Shown piece by piece: positions 9,410-20,276 of a DNA stretch of 64,000 nucleotides; within the stretch, counting starts at the first letter, position 1; the number at the start of each line of letters is the position of its first letter. The stretch comes from Diplonema japonicum (lineage: Eukaryota; Protista; Euglenozoa: Diplonemea): assembly GCA_964019335.1 (NCBI GenBank), contig OZ025662.1, forward strand, positions 558,001 to 622,000. Direction: 5' to 3'. The translations under genes and the position numbers were made by a program. The notes under the pieces are model-generated. The model ran no database searches. It was not told the origin of the DNA and saw only the letters and a list, made by a program, of their open reading frames with translations.

Positions 9410-11071
9410 ATGAAAATCGCACTGAGAGAATTGTTGAAAACTCTCCAAAATGCTTCTTCTGGTCGGGCCTTTCGGGTGGCTATGGAAGACAAAATAGTAT
9501 CGGGCATGGACGCATCAGAGTGGTCTCCGGGCATGAAACAATTGAATGTCACGGAAAGAGAATGGAAGACGGTGGCGGACATCGTAACCAGCAAGCTATC
9601 GGAAGATTGGGTGGTATGGTCCCAGCCAGACGAAATTGACAGTATCCTCAAAGCAGTAGCGAATCTTGTTTCACATAAAGGCGGGTCCGACCAAGAGAAA
9701 ATGTGCTTCAATCTGGCAGGGCTGTTTATCAAGCTCACTACGTCCCCGGGGTGTCAACCCCTATCCTCCGAAACAGTTGTGCTGCTTTGCTATGCGTACT
9801 ACCTGCGGTTTCAACGAGTACCGCGACATTTTTTAAAGATGCTTCCACATATCGATTTAACACACTTAAGCATACCGCTGTTGTACAAACTGGCACGGTT
9901 GCCCGAAAACCGACGGGGTTTCTCCACCGAAACAATACAAAGCGCTTCCATTAAACTGCTTCGTGAAGAGTGCTACGGGCCGCCCCGAAGCTCCATCAGA
10001 ACCACGACGAGCATTGCAAGCCTTTGCATTGCACGGCACAATCCTGCACTAGAAGCCAGGTTGTTCCATTACTTAACAACACACACATACGAAGGAGGCA
10101 CCACCCCCTTGCATCTTATAAAACGAAAGAACAATGATGATGTTGTAAAATTGCTTTTCCTGTGTCTCCGTGCTCCAAACGACTCGGAGTTGCGGAAATC
10201 ATGGGTCCCCATTGTGCTCGAAAGCGCGGCAGGGATGTCCGAATGGAAGTTCAAGAACCTCGCCACCGTTTTGTGGTGCGCGATGAAAATCGGGTGTGCA
10301 AAGGATACTATCGATCCAAAGCTTGTTAAAAAAGCTGAAGAGCTTTCAAGAACCGTCACAGCAGACAGCTTCAACACCGACTTGAAATCGCTCGGGAGAA
10401 TGGGGCTTGCCTTGAAGACCTTCGGAGACGACACCACAGTCCTTTCATGGTTGGCGAAAGCAGCGTCAGCAGGGTACTGGTGGTCGGGCTCGCAACGGGC
10501 TGCTGTCTCGTGTTCAGGGGTCTTGTATGTGTTAGAAGCCTTCCCCCCTAGTATCTTCGCTGCGCAATCGGTGCCTCCCTTGCTCAATCTTGCTGCACCT
10601 ACCATGAACCCCGAGCTGTCAAGGCGAGGGTTAACTGTTGCTGCTGCCCATCTCACACCTCCTCTCGCCTCCCTCTCGCTTCCTTACCTCAAGGCTCTGA
10701 GCCGTTCCCTACTCTCAGCGGTGGACAGCAAGAAGCTTTCTCATCGTATCCTTCCGACGGCCGTGCATTCATTTTTGAAGTTGAAATATTCCGATCCTAA
10801 ATTCCTCTCCAAGGCTCGGGCTGTCCTTGCAACCAAAACGCCCGCAGCACCGGTTGAGAAGGCACAACCAACACCAACGGTGCAGCCGAAGAAGGAAAAG
10901 CAGAAACAAAAGAAAGAACCGGAAACATACGATCTGCTGAAAGAGATCTCAACGTGGGGGGACAAGGAGGAGATCACGGATTTTGTGAAGGAACAACCAT
11001 CCAAGGTTGCCCCGAGAGAGGAAGAGCCCGTGATGATAGGGCGAACGGTGCTGCAGTGGAAGCCCTTGTGA
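9410..11071 (+). CDS. Hypothetical helical-repeat protein (weak OPR/FASTK-like motifs)
   Basis: 553-aa ORF from ATG 9410; LATVLWCAMKIG and AVHSFLKLKYSDP resemble organellar RNA-binding helical repeats. Confidence 0.6.
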   Translation: MKIALRELLKTLQNASSGRAFRVAMEDKIVSGMDASEWSPGMKQLNVTEREWKTVADIVTSKLSEDWVVWSQPDEIDSILKAVANLVSHKGGSDQEKMCFNLAGLFIKLTTSPGCQPLSSETVVLLCYAYYLRFQRVPRHFLKMLPHIDLTHLSIPLLYKLARLPENRRGFSTETIQSASIKLLREECYGPPRSSIRTTTSIASLCIARHNPALEARLFHYLTTHTYEGGTTPLHLIKRKNNDDVVKLLFLCLRAPNDSELRKSWVPIVLESAAGMSEWKFKNLATVLWCAMKIGCAKDTIDPKLVKKAEELSRTVTADSFNTDLKSLGRMGLALKTFGDDTTVLSWLAKAASAGYWWSGSQRAAVSCSGVLYVLEAFPPSIFAAQSVPPLLNLAAPTMNPELSRRGLTVAAAHLTPPLASLSLPYLKALSRSLLSAVDSKKLSHRILPTAVHSFLKLKYSDPKFLSKARAVLATKTPAAPVEKAQPTPTVQPKKEKQKQKKEPETYDLLKEISTWGDKEEITDFVKEQPSKVAPREEEPVMIGRTVLQWKPL

Positions 11072-11150
11072 ACCAGATCTTTTCTATCTCTCTTTATTAT
11101 TTTCTGTTTATGTTTGCATGCTCTGATCTTACCTTGAAAGGAACACATGT

Positions 11151-12977
11151 ATGGGTCAATGTGTCCAGAAATGTCATCACGCCGAAATCCCAACGAAACG
11201 AAGACAACGGACCTCTAAAGAGACGCCTGTTGCCCCCATTCCATACAAGTGGCTTGCAACATGGTGGGATCTGACGAAGGACGGCGTAGAAGTCGGCCCC
11301 AGGATGGTACGAAGTAAACCGCATGGGTTCTGGAATGGCAACGCGAAGAGAAGCTTGGTAGTGACGAGCTCAGATGGGAAGGATGCCTTCGTCGTGTGGC
11401 CTGGCGAGGTCGGGGTGCCACCCTTTCCCATCAACAAGCAGGTTTGCATTCGGAAAGAGAAGCTGCCTATGGCATATTACCACCTTGTCAAGCAAAGACG
11501 AGACCTGCGGGTCACAACGGAGCTCAGCAAGATCCCCTCGTTCGAGACAGCAGACGAAGCCTTGTGTTGGTGTGAAGAGACGTCCACGCCCTTTATCGAT
11601 GCTAGCTTCCCTCCAAGCGCTGCGAGCCTTGGAGCTACTAAGAAGACCTGGGGTGCCATTGCCATCAGCGGCTGGGCCTCACACCGCACTGCCATCCGCG
11701 GCCTGTACCCAGGGCCGCCATGCGTGTTCGACACCAAACCCGAGCCCTTCATCGATCAGGGGTCTCTCGGCGATTGTTGGATTATCTCCGCCATCAGCGT
11801 TCTCAGCAACAAGTCTTGCGGAGGTGCTAGCACCTATATTGAGGCCGCTTTCAAAACAGCGAACCCCAAGCTGAACGGCTACCGCATCTCCCTGTGCAAG
11901 GACGGGTGGTGGACCACCGTCACTGTCGACGGCTGCATCCCCATGTCAGGCGCTCTACCAGCATTCGCTAAAAACCGCTCGAAGCCGCACGAGATGTGGG
12001 CGTCTCTCATCGAGAAGGCTTTTGCAAAGGTGTACGGCTCATACTCCGCCCTCGTTGGAGGCTCTCCTGGTGACGCGCTTGCCGACCTCACAGGATGTCC
12101 CGTGTGGAGTTTCACAGCACAGACCCTTCACCGCCCCGACATCTTCTCAGTTCTGTGCAACTACTTAGATCAAGGCCACGCCATCACGCTCGGGACCCCA
12201 CCGCAGCGAGGCAAGGCACACATCACACCACGGCATGCCTTCACGCTGCTGAAGATGGTTGTGCTTGACAGCCGTACCGGGGGGTCGGTGAAGCTGGTGC
12301 AGATTCGTGACCCATGGGGGTCTTCCATCACTCACACGTGGAAGGGGCGGTGGGGGCATGGGGCGCCGCAATGGTCCCCGTGGCTGAAGAAAAGACTCGT
12401 GCTAGACAAGGAAGATGCAGAGGCGGTGTTTTGGATGGAATGGGAGGACGTGAAGCAGCACTTTGACAGCGGGTACGTGGCGTTCTTGACACCAGGGCTT
12501 CGCGAGACCAGGGTGATGATTCCCGTAGGTAACGTGGGTGTACTCATACACAATGTGAAGAGGGAAGGACAGGTCTTAGTCCACGCAAGACAGGCTGCTG
12601 GGGCAACGTGTGGGACGTTGTTCCTGAAGGTACTGGGCAGGCATACGAGAGGGTGGTCTGTTATTTCAGATGAGCGGAATTGGTGTTCAAGGGATTGCTT
12701 TACGTCCGTAGCCGTTTCCAATGAATACTCGCATTTTCTGATCATGTTGCACTCACCCCCTAGGCACCTTGTCGAGGGGCCTGTTGCACTGAGCATGCAC
12801 ATGCCACATGGAGTGGCGTCTTTGAGGTTTGTTTCGGGTACGTGGGATAACTGCGACGGCACTGTGAACACCCATGTCAGGTTGGGTGCCTTAACGCGGT
12901 TCATGGCGAGGGTGCAGACAAGAGAAAGGTATCTTGACGAAGTGCGTGAGGTTGTCGTCGACGAGTTGGTGTTGTAG
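11151..12977 (+). CDS. Calpain-like cysteine peptidase (CysPc), N-acylation motif MGQC
   Basis: DQGSLGDCW, WASLIEKAFAKVYGSY, HAFTLL, QIRDPWG. Confidence 0.9.
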   Translation: MGQCVQKCHHAEIPTKRRQRTSKETPVAPIPYKWLATWWDLTKDGVEVGPRMVRSKPHGFWNGNAKRSLVVTSSDGKDAFVVWPGEVGVPPFPINKQVCIRKEKLPMAYYHLVKQRRDLRVTTELSKIPSFETADEALCWCEETSTPFIDASFPPSAASLGATKKTWGAIAISGWASHRTAIRGLYPGPPCVFDTKPEPFIDQGSLGDCWIISAISVLSNKSCGGASTYIEAAFKTANPKLNGYRISLCKDGWWTTVTVDGCIPMSGALPAFAKNRSKPHEMWASLIEKAFAKVYGSYSALVGGSPGDALADLTGCPVWSFTAQTLHRPDIFSVLCNYLDQGHAITLGTPPQRGKAHITPRHAFTLLKMVVLDSRTGGSVKLVQIRDPWGSSITHTWKGRWGHGAPQWSPWLKKRLVLDKEDAEAVFWMEWEDVKQHFDSGYVAFLTPGLRETRVMIPVGNVGVLIHNVKREGQVLVHARQAAGATCGTLFLKVLGRHTRGWSVISDERNWCSRDCFTSVAVSNEYSHFLIMLHSPPRHLVEGPVALSMHMPHGVASLRFVSGTWDNCDGTVNTHVRLGALTRFMARVQTRERYLDEVREVVVDELVL

Positions 12978-13074
12978 CTTTTTTATCTTTCTTCTTTTTT
13001 TTTTGTTGTAAGCTATCCCCCACTTACGGAAGAACCATCACATCACAGGAACCGGTGGGAAAAAAGAAAAGAAA

Positions 13075-13989
13075 ATGAAGAAGAAGAAAGCAGCACTCCG
13101 TGTCCTAGCTGGTTTTGTGTCGGCAGCCGTGCTCACCATGGCAACCTCTATCTTCGGGTTCGAGGAGACTGTGAAGCCGCGTGTTGAGATCAAAACCTGC
13201 GACGGTAAGCTACCCGCCGTGATACCTGAGGAAGATGAGGTGTGCAGACACCGAACCCCAAGGCTGCTGAACAGCTTTGAGGCAGCGTCCCGTTCCACTC
13301 CTATCCTATGGAGCTACCCCGGAAGCGGGAATTCTTACCTCCGCTTGCTTGTCGAACAAAGCACGGGATACCTCACCGGGTCTGTCTACCACAAGGATCA
13401 GGTTATGAAGGATGTTTTCAAAGGTGAAACGCATTGTGACGGTGCGGTGATCGGGATAAAATCACACAAAAAGGTTCCAAAAAGATGTGAAGGGGTAGAG
13501 GGGAACCCCCGGGTGGCTGTTCTAATCAGACATCCTGTCAGGACATTCTTCGCAGAGTACTCCAGAAAGGTCTCCACAGCGCCTAATCGGCACATTGCTG
13601 GGATAGACAGGGACAAGTTCAACTTGACTGACTTTACACGTGTCAGTTTAGAAATGGCCACGCAATGGGTGGAGCAGATCCCCTGGAGGCTGCGGTACCC
13701 TCCTCAAGGGGAATATCACGTTTTGCGATTCGAGGACATGGCGCATAAGAAGCTCGGTTTCAAGGCGCTCACAGGGCTTCTCACCTTCCTCGATGTGTGT
13801 ACTCCTTCTCAAGAGGTGATTGCCTGCGCGTATCGAAAAGCCAACCACCCTTTGATACGAAGGAAGCCCACGGCCGACCAGGTCACACTGGAAGAGATTC
13901 TTCCAAGCCAGTTGCTGGACAAAATATGGGAAATCGTCGAGCCGATCGCCACAAGATGGAACTACACAAAGAGCAACTGGCGGAAATGA
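13075..13989 (+). CDS. Type II membrane sulfotransferase (WSCD-like)
   Basis: N-terminal TM; PAPS loop SYPGSGNSYLRLLVEQSTGYLTGSVY; IKSH; LIRHP; LRFED. Confidence 0.85.
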   Translation: MKKKKAALRVLAGFVSAAVLTMATSIFGFEETVKPRVEIKTCDGKLPAVIPEEDEVCRHRTPRLLNSFEAASRSTPILWSYPGSGNSYLRLLVEQSTGYLTGSVYHKDQVMKDVFKGETHCDGAVIGIKSHKKVPKRCEGVEGNPRVAVLIRHPVRTFFAEYSRKVSTAPNRHIAGIDRDKFNLTDFTRVSLEMATQWVEQIPWRLRYPPQGEYHVLRFEDMAHKKLGFKALTGLLTFLDVCTPSQEVIACAYRKANHPLIRRKPTADQVTLEEILPSQLLDKIWEIVEPIATRWNYTKSNWRK

Positions 13990-14098
13990 AAGGGGAAAAA
14001 AAGAAAAGCAAAAACAAAAACAAAAACAAAAAAAAAGAAATTGTCGCAAAGAAAACCAAAAAAACCCCAATTTTTCCCCATGTCAGGAGAAGAACAAA

Positions 14099-15067
14099 AT
14101 GCCAGTGTCCCCGATGGACGCGAAAAGGGGGAAAAAACGGAAGACGTCAGTCTTAGATGTGCTGGTGAAGGACTATGCTGACGCGTGGGAGAAATGGGAC
14201 ACATATCTGTCGAAGGAGGAGGTAGATGTGGATTCGCGGAGTGAGATCTTCGACCATTTGAAAGGGTATAAAAAGAAGATGGACACATGGCCTTCGAAGG
14301 AAAGGCGAAAGGCGTTCCGGGCGATGTACAGAAGATACCGCCCCATGCTTCAAAGCGGGTCTTTAACAATGACAAGCATTGGCAGCATTGAATCACCGCT
14401 GGCGTTGCCGCAGATAGAAACCGGAACACCTCCGTTGGCACCGATGCTTTCAGGAATCGACGATCAGATTGAAGCTGCCGAGATAAGTGGGGTTGTTGCC
14501 GGGCTTGTTTTAATAGCAAGATCGTTGATTTTTATCCAAAAGGGCAAGGAATTCACACCGCCGTCGTTCTTAACGATACATCAGCGGTACCGTGTGTGCA
14601 TCAACAACTTCTCATCAGGGGTTATCAAAGAGTTCAGCCATTGTGACTCGCACGATGACCACCTCTTGTTCTTCCGTCGGCTGATCGATACAGATGTCAA
14701 CTATCTTGTGAACACAACTGGGGGGCACATCGCGCTCGGTCTAGATCCGGCCACAAACATTGTGAAGGGCTACCCCATCGGGAGGAAGCTTCGTGACCAG
14801 ATCCGTCTTCTTATTGACACGCAAATGGCACAGTGGCAGCCACCCCCTCTTATGCTAAACCTTGTCGAAGTTAAGTTCGTTGAAATACGGTCGCAAGCAA
14901 AGATCGCCATCCAAGGACACTTCGCCGTCTGGATCAGCGCCAAGCCCGCTGCGGGCAAAATCAAAAACTCAAAAGGGGAGATTATAAAGTATGAGACCAA
15001 AAAAAAAGGGGGGGATGACCTTTCACACAACAGGACGTTGTCGCTGACGAAAAAGAATGTGAGTTGA
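14099..15067 (+). CDS. Hypothetical protein; probable intron 14989-15033, 3' end uncertain
   Basis: 322-aa ORF with coding-like composition; 45-nt GTATGA..CAG in-frame segment near the end. Confidence 0.55.
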   Translation: MPVSPMDAKRGKKRKTSVLDVLVKDYADAWEKWDTYLSKEEVDVDSRSEIFDHLKGYKKKMDTWPSKERRKAFRAMYRRYRPMLQSGSLTMTSIGSIESPLALPQIETGTPPLAPMLSGIDDQIEAAEISGVVAGLVLIARSLIFIQKGKEFTPPSFLTIHQRYRVCINNFSSGVIKEFSHCDSHDDHLLFFRRLIDTDVNYLVNTTGGHIALGLDPATNIVKGYPIGRKLRDQIRLLIDTQMAQWQPPPLMLNLVEVKFVEIRSQAKIAIQGHFAVWISAKPAAGKIKNSKGEIIKYETKKKGGDDLSHNRTLSLTKKNVS

Positions 15068-15317
15068 CGTGGAGCGCTGCCGGAAAGCTCCCCTTTGTTA
15101 TGATTACGATTTTATGCACCCTTTAAAGGGAAAGAGGATGGAGATCTTTCATTGTTTTTTTTTTCTCTATTCCGTTTTCATTTTTTTTTTTTTTTCCCTC
15201 CTTTTGTGTCAGGAGTTTTTTTTTTTTCTTAAGCAATGGGTTTCACATCATTTTTTTTTTTTTTTTTTTTTTCCCACTTCATTGCAGGAAGATTCCCTTT
15301 CCCTTTTTAAAAAAAAA

Positions 15318-16043
15318 ATGGGCAAGGTGACCCTCGTCGGGATCGGGTCGCTGATGGCGAAGTCGTCAGCAGAAAACTCATTCAGCGTTGAGAATTTCAG
15401 AAAGGCTCGACTTGATGGTTGGGAACGGGTATTCAACCTTGTGGGTGTTACAAGTCTACGGGCAGGGAGGTGCAACCCTGAACGTGATGAACTAGCGGTG
15501 TTGGCCGCAAGACCGAACAAGGACGCAAGCATGCTTGTCAGTGTATTTGACATTCCTGAAGAACATATGCCTGCATTTTATGAACGGGAGGAGCGGTATC
15601 GTGTTCAGGAAGTTGAATTTGAAGAGTTTGGTGGAGGAGGAAAAGGCAAGGGCATCATATGCCTACAGAACACCACCGAAAACTACAAAAAGACCGTGTG
15701 CAAGAACAGTGACGAGTTCTACCAAAACCACATCGGGCAGCACTGGCCCGGCGACCTGTGGTACAACTGGGATGGAGCACCGCCTCCCACCAATCTGAAC
15801 CCGCGAAACATTTTACCCATCAGAAAATACCTCGCCTTGTGCAGAGCAGGTGCCCACGACCTTGACACCCAAGATGACTTTCTGCACACGACATACCTTT
15901 TCGACGGTCGGTCCCTCAGGAGATATTTAGAAGAGAACCCGGAAATCGAAAAAGAAACGAGACCGGGTGTCCCCATATCCTTCTTGCTCGGGAAATTCGC
16001 GTCCCCTGAAGATGCAGCAAAAGCTGCTGCACAAGGGGGGTGA
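15318..16043 (+). CDS. Gamma-glutamylcyclotransferase-like (GGCT/AIG2/ChaC fold) protein
   Basis: LVGIGSLM, ARLDGWERVF and FYEREERY motifs; ATG follows an A-run. Confidence 0.7.
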   Translation: MGKVTLVGIGSLMAKSSAENSFSVENFRKARLDGWERVFNLVGVTSLRAGRCNPERDELAVLAARPNKDASMLVSVFDIPEEHMPAFYEREERYRVQEVEFEEFGGGGKGKGIICLQNTTENYKKTVCKNSDEFYQNHIGQHWPGDLWYNWDGAPPPTNLNPRNILPIRKYLALCRAGAHDLDTQDDFLHTTYLFDGRSLRRYLEENPEIEKETRPGVPISFLLGKFASPEDAAKAAAQGG

Positions 16044-16117
16044 ACAATCCCTACCGACCTATTCTATATTGAATACCCCCACTGCACTGCACACGAAAAA
16101 CACCCCATACCTAGGTG

Positions 16118-19100
16118 ATGGGACTGGAGAGTCTCTTAGAAGATGTGGAAATAGAAATCGTCGGCAGCGATGACGAAGACACGTATGAAACGACAGAGCT
16201 GGTGGTTCTGAATGAGACGACATTCACGGTCCCGAAGGGGATTCAGAACGCACAGATCGAGCGATCGCCCGGCATGGCCCCTGCACCCTCCATCGTGACG
16301 CTGCGTAGCGAGAAAGAACGAGACCCCGATGAGCCGGAGGAGGTGGGGACGGACCCCAACACAGGGCTGCCGCTGCTGGCTTTGAAAGGCGCCTTTACAT
16401 CCTTGGCAGACATCATCGTGCATTTCAAATGCCCCGCAACGCAGATCACCTACAAAGGACGATACCTAGCCAACAGAGTGGTCATTATCACGGAAAGCAC
16501 ATTCTTCCTATGCGGCGAGGACGGGCGGATAGCTCGCGCCGTCAACGTCAGAAGCATCGCAAAACTGGTAGCTCCCACTAAACAAGCCGACACAGTGTAC
16601 CTCTGTGTGCCTACGGAGTATGACATTGGTGTGCAGGTCGCCTCGCAACATGACGTACTGGAGATCATCAAAACCTTGAACGCTGTCTACAGGGAGCATG
16701 CCCACGGTGTCTGCCTCACCGTGCACCAGCCTTTCATCGCTGAGTACACTGCCTTCAGCCTTAAACGGCCTAATAACTTCGAGGTAATTGTCCCCCCCCA
16801 GCGTACGCTTCGGCACCTTCGACAAGAGGCGGGTCACGGTGTTGCTGAAGCCCGCGCTGTCGGACAACTAACAGGGAAGGAACAAGCCATGTCGGCCGTC
16901 CAATTGAAAAAAGATGCCATGGAAGATGTGGAGTCCGCAGTGGAGGGCCGGGTACTGGCGCTTCAAAATGATTTAAACTACCAGCAGGAGGTGATCGCGG
17001 GGAATGACGAGAAGATCGTGGGGCTGAGGGACGCCATCAAGCGCATCGAGGACAGGCTCACGTCGCAAAACGGAAGGCTGTACACTGAGGAGGAATACAA
17101 ACTGCAAAAAGCCAAAAAGGCCAAGATCGACACGCTCGAGCAACAGCTCGCAGTGTACCAGAAGAAGGTATTCGAGACACAGCAAGGGTCCGTCTCCGAC
17201 TTGAAACAACGCGTGAAAATGACATTGTACAAAGGAATGTCGCCATCGGGCTTAATACTCCCCGAGAACGTCCCTTTGGGTAGGCTGGTGGAGAGCTTGG
17301 AGAAAGAACTCGTCGACAGCGAGATATACATGAACAACATGAAACAAGAAGTAGAAGAGCACGAAGAATTGTCAAAGTCGTTACAAGAGAAGGAAAAGCT
17401 GATTCTGTGGATGGAAAAGGCAAATCTTGAAGCTGGGTTGGGGTATCTATCAAACATCGGGTCGTTTAGCGGGATACACGGCCCATGGATTAACGAATAC
17501 CGCAAACCATATCAAGAAGACGAAGAGGAAGAAGAGGCAACAGAGTTCATCACGGTGAACGGGATGCAGCTTCCTTCCAACGGTTTCAAGAACCCCGACG
17601 ACCTCCAAGTCGACCCTCGGACAGGCTTGCCAGTGGTGAACGTGATCCCATCTCTGAAAGAGGAGTTTACCGATGTCATTGGAACAATGATACATTTCTT
17701 CGGCCCTGTTCGTACCAAGACGGGCATGGGTAGGAAGCACGTTCATAAGAGGATACTCATTCTGTCAGACCAGGCACTTTACATTTGCGATTTAGAAGGA
17801 AGTATAAAACGATGTGTTGATATGATGGACTTTGTAGATTGTTTCCTCGACACCGGCACATCGATAGGACTCCGTGTAGAGAAGGAGCACGACATCATGC
17901 TACAGTGTCTGTCGACGACGCACCGTGACAAGGTCCTCGACATCATCATCAAGATACAAACGTATATCAATGAAGGGCTTCATGTATGGAAGAAGAAGAA
18001 CAAGAAATATCAAATAGAAACGAATGGTGATCCGGCAGCTTGCCTTTGGGAAGAAGCTTGAAGAACGGCTGTCGTTGGCAAAACCGCCCGACTGGCAGTT
18101 CAAAATCATCCCGCTTTCGACAAAAGAGGCGTTTATAAAACTGCTGAACAAGAAATTGGTATGGTTCTAAAAAAAGAAAAAGAAATAAACACAGCTGAGA
18201 GGCGTTGATCCCGATACTGAACTGCAAAGGAAAAACAACATGGTAGCAAGGATTTGGGAACCGGTCAAAGAGGCGATGGAGAACGAGTACCAAGCAGGCT
18301 TGGACGATGAAAGAACCGAGATCGGGATGCTGAAGAAAAAAGCGAAGGACCAGTCCGCCAAAACAAACGAAGTCGCTCTGGAGCTGCTGGACATGAAGCG
18401 AAAAATCCTGGAACACACATGCGTAGCCGGTGACAGCGACGACGACGACGACGACGACCCCACCACAAAGAAGGCTCAAGCCAAGCAAGTTGAGGTTATC
18501 CCCTTCGACGGATCAGCTTCGAGGTACACATGGCTTCCGGTATTACCTGTACTTTTGGACTGCGGTTCTGAGGTATCTGTTGTAAGGTTCCTGAACAACA
18601 CCATTGTAACTGGGCATCCGAATGGCTGGGTTCAACTGTGGTGCATGGAAACGCTAATCAAAATCTCCACCTTGTGCGAGCACACGGGCCACATCAACTC
18701 CATCGGATTCCTGCCAAACAAAGCAACCGGCGAACACGAAAAGGAAACGTTCTCTATTTTCACAGCATCGTCCGACTCCTCTGTTCGTCGATGGGACCCT
18801 GAAACAAGCCTGTGCACCTCCGTCCTTCAAACCCATTCCTCTGCAGTCCGTAGCATGTCAATCAACGGCACCCGTTTGGCCTCTGCCGGCGATGACGCAA
18901 TCATTCACATATGGGATATTTCAACCACTGGTCAGGAAACACCTGAGGTTCGATGCACAGGGCATAAAAACGGTGTTATTGCCGTTCACTTGGATGGTCC
19001 TGTTGTAATATCGGCTGAATGGGGTTGGATCTTCATATGGGACAGTACAGAGGGTTCTATGACAAGAGCCTTGCGTGATGAATACGGTGGTATCCGATGT

Positions 19101-19406
19101 ATTGCCGTTACCGGGAACCTCATCGCCGCTGCTGGGAACGCGGGTGATATCAATGTTTGGGACATTGCCACAGGGTCGTCGCAGACCATACAGGGGTCGG
19201 GGGATGATGTTCTGCACTGCCAGGCGCATGGGGGGTACCTCGTCACGTCCAGCACGGACTGCAAGATCCGCACGTGGGACTTGTACAACCTTTGTGTTAA
19301 CGATGTGTTTCACAACAGCTATCCCAACGAGATGCCCTCCTTTGACTTCAACACGCAACGGTTCATCGGCAGCGAGGACAAGTTCCTTCGAATGTGGATT
19401 AAGTGA
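16118..19406 (+). CDS. Multidomain protein: two PH/TH1-like repeats, coiled coil, C-terminal WD40; introns 17984-18017, 18159-18194
   Basis: Two GTATGG micro-introns join ORFs 16115-18061 and 18240-19406 in frame; DP.TGLP and R...I......CD..G.I.R.V each occur twice; GH/WD repeats at the end. Confidence 0.8.
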
Positions 19407-19566
19407 CCTCCCCCCCGCCCCTCAATGATTTTACGTTTTCTTATACCCCCCTCGCCCCCTTATTTGTAGTAGAATAGAAAAAAAAACGGAACACGCGAGA
19501 GTAAAAAAAAAAAAGCGATTTTTATAGTGATTTCTTTTTACATTTTTAGCCAGGAACAAAAGAAAA

Positions 19567-20181
19567 ATGTTGGGTCTAGACTATGGAAGCGATGATCAGG
19601 AGACTAAGAAGGAAACGGTCAAACCCGTGAAGGAAAGAAAGAGGAAGAGGAAGGGAAAGGTGACAATCGGGTTGGATGAGGTTCTAGGCAGCATGAAGGC
19701 GTGCGAACAAGAATTTGAAAACGAAACGCGGGCGAAAGCCGAGGCGGCAGAAAAAGACGCGAGCGACGCCCAGGCCCAGCTGAGCATAGGGGTATTGAAT
19801 GAAGAGCTTCAAGAGGAGCTCTTGCAGCAACAAGAACAGGAACTCCAGGACTTACAGGAGGAAAAAGAACTCGAGGCGGTGTCAGCATTCATTGGTGAGG
19901 TTCATGAGGAGTTTGGATCAGAAGACGAGGAAGACGACGACACGTTAGCAGAACCCGATGCTGCAAAACAAAAAAAAAACAAGAAACAGAAAATCGACTG
20001 GAAGGAGAAGAAACGCCAAGCGAAGGAACGCAAGGCGCGTGAAAAGGCCAACGTGGAAAAACGACGGCTGAAGGCGGAAAAGAAAGCGGCAGAGGACGAG
20101 AAGAACGCAAGTGAAGCAGACGACCCTTGGGAATCGACAGAGCTGCACGACAGGAAAGGGTTCACAAACAACCTACGATAG
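19567..20181 (+). CDS. Highly charged low-complexity protein
   Basis: 204-aa ORF starting MLGLDYGSDD; K/E-rich with NLS-like KERKRKRK. Confidence 0.6.
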   Translation: MLGLDYGSDDQETKKETVKPVKERKRKRKGKVTIGLDEVLGSMKACEQEFENETRAKAEAAEKDASDAQAQLSIGVLNEELQEELLQQQEQELQDLQEEKELEAVSAFIGEVHEEFGSEDEEDDDTLAEPDAAKQKKNKKQKIDWKEKKRQAKERKAREKANVEKRRLKAEKKAAEDEKNASEADDPWESTELHDRKGFTNNLR

Positions 20182-20276
20182 AAGCCGGAAACAAACTAGT
20201 TTGGCACTTCATTTGTTTGACTAGCGGTAGTCTCGTCTCCTTTTTTCCCCTCCAATGTAATTCACCTATCTCAGGA

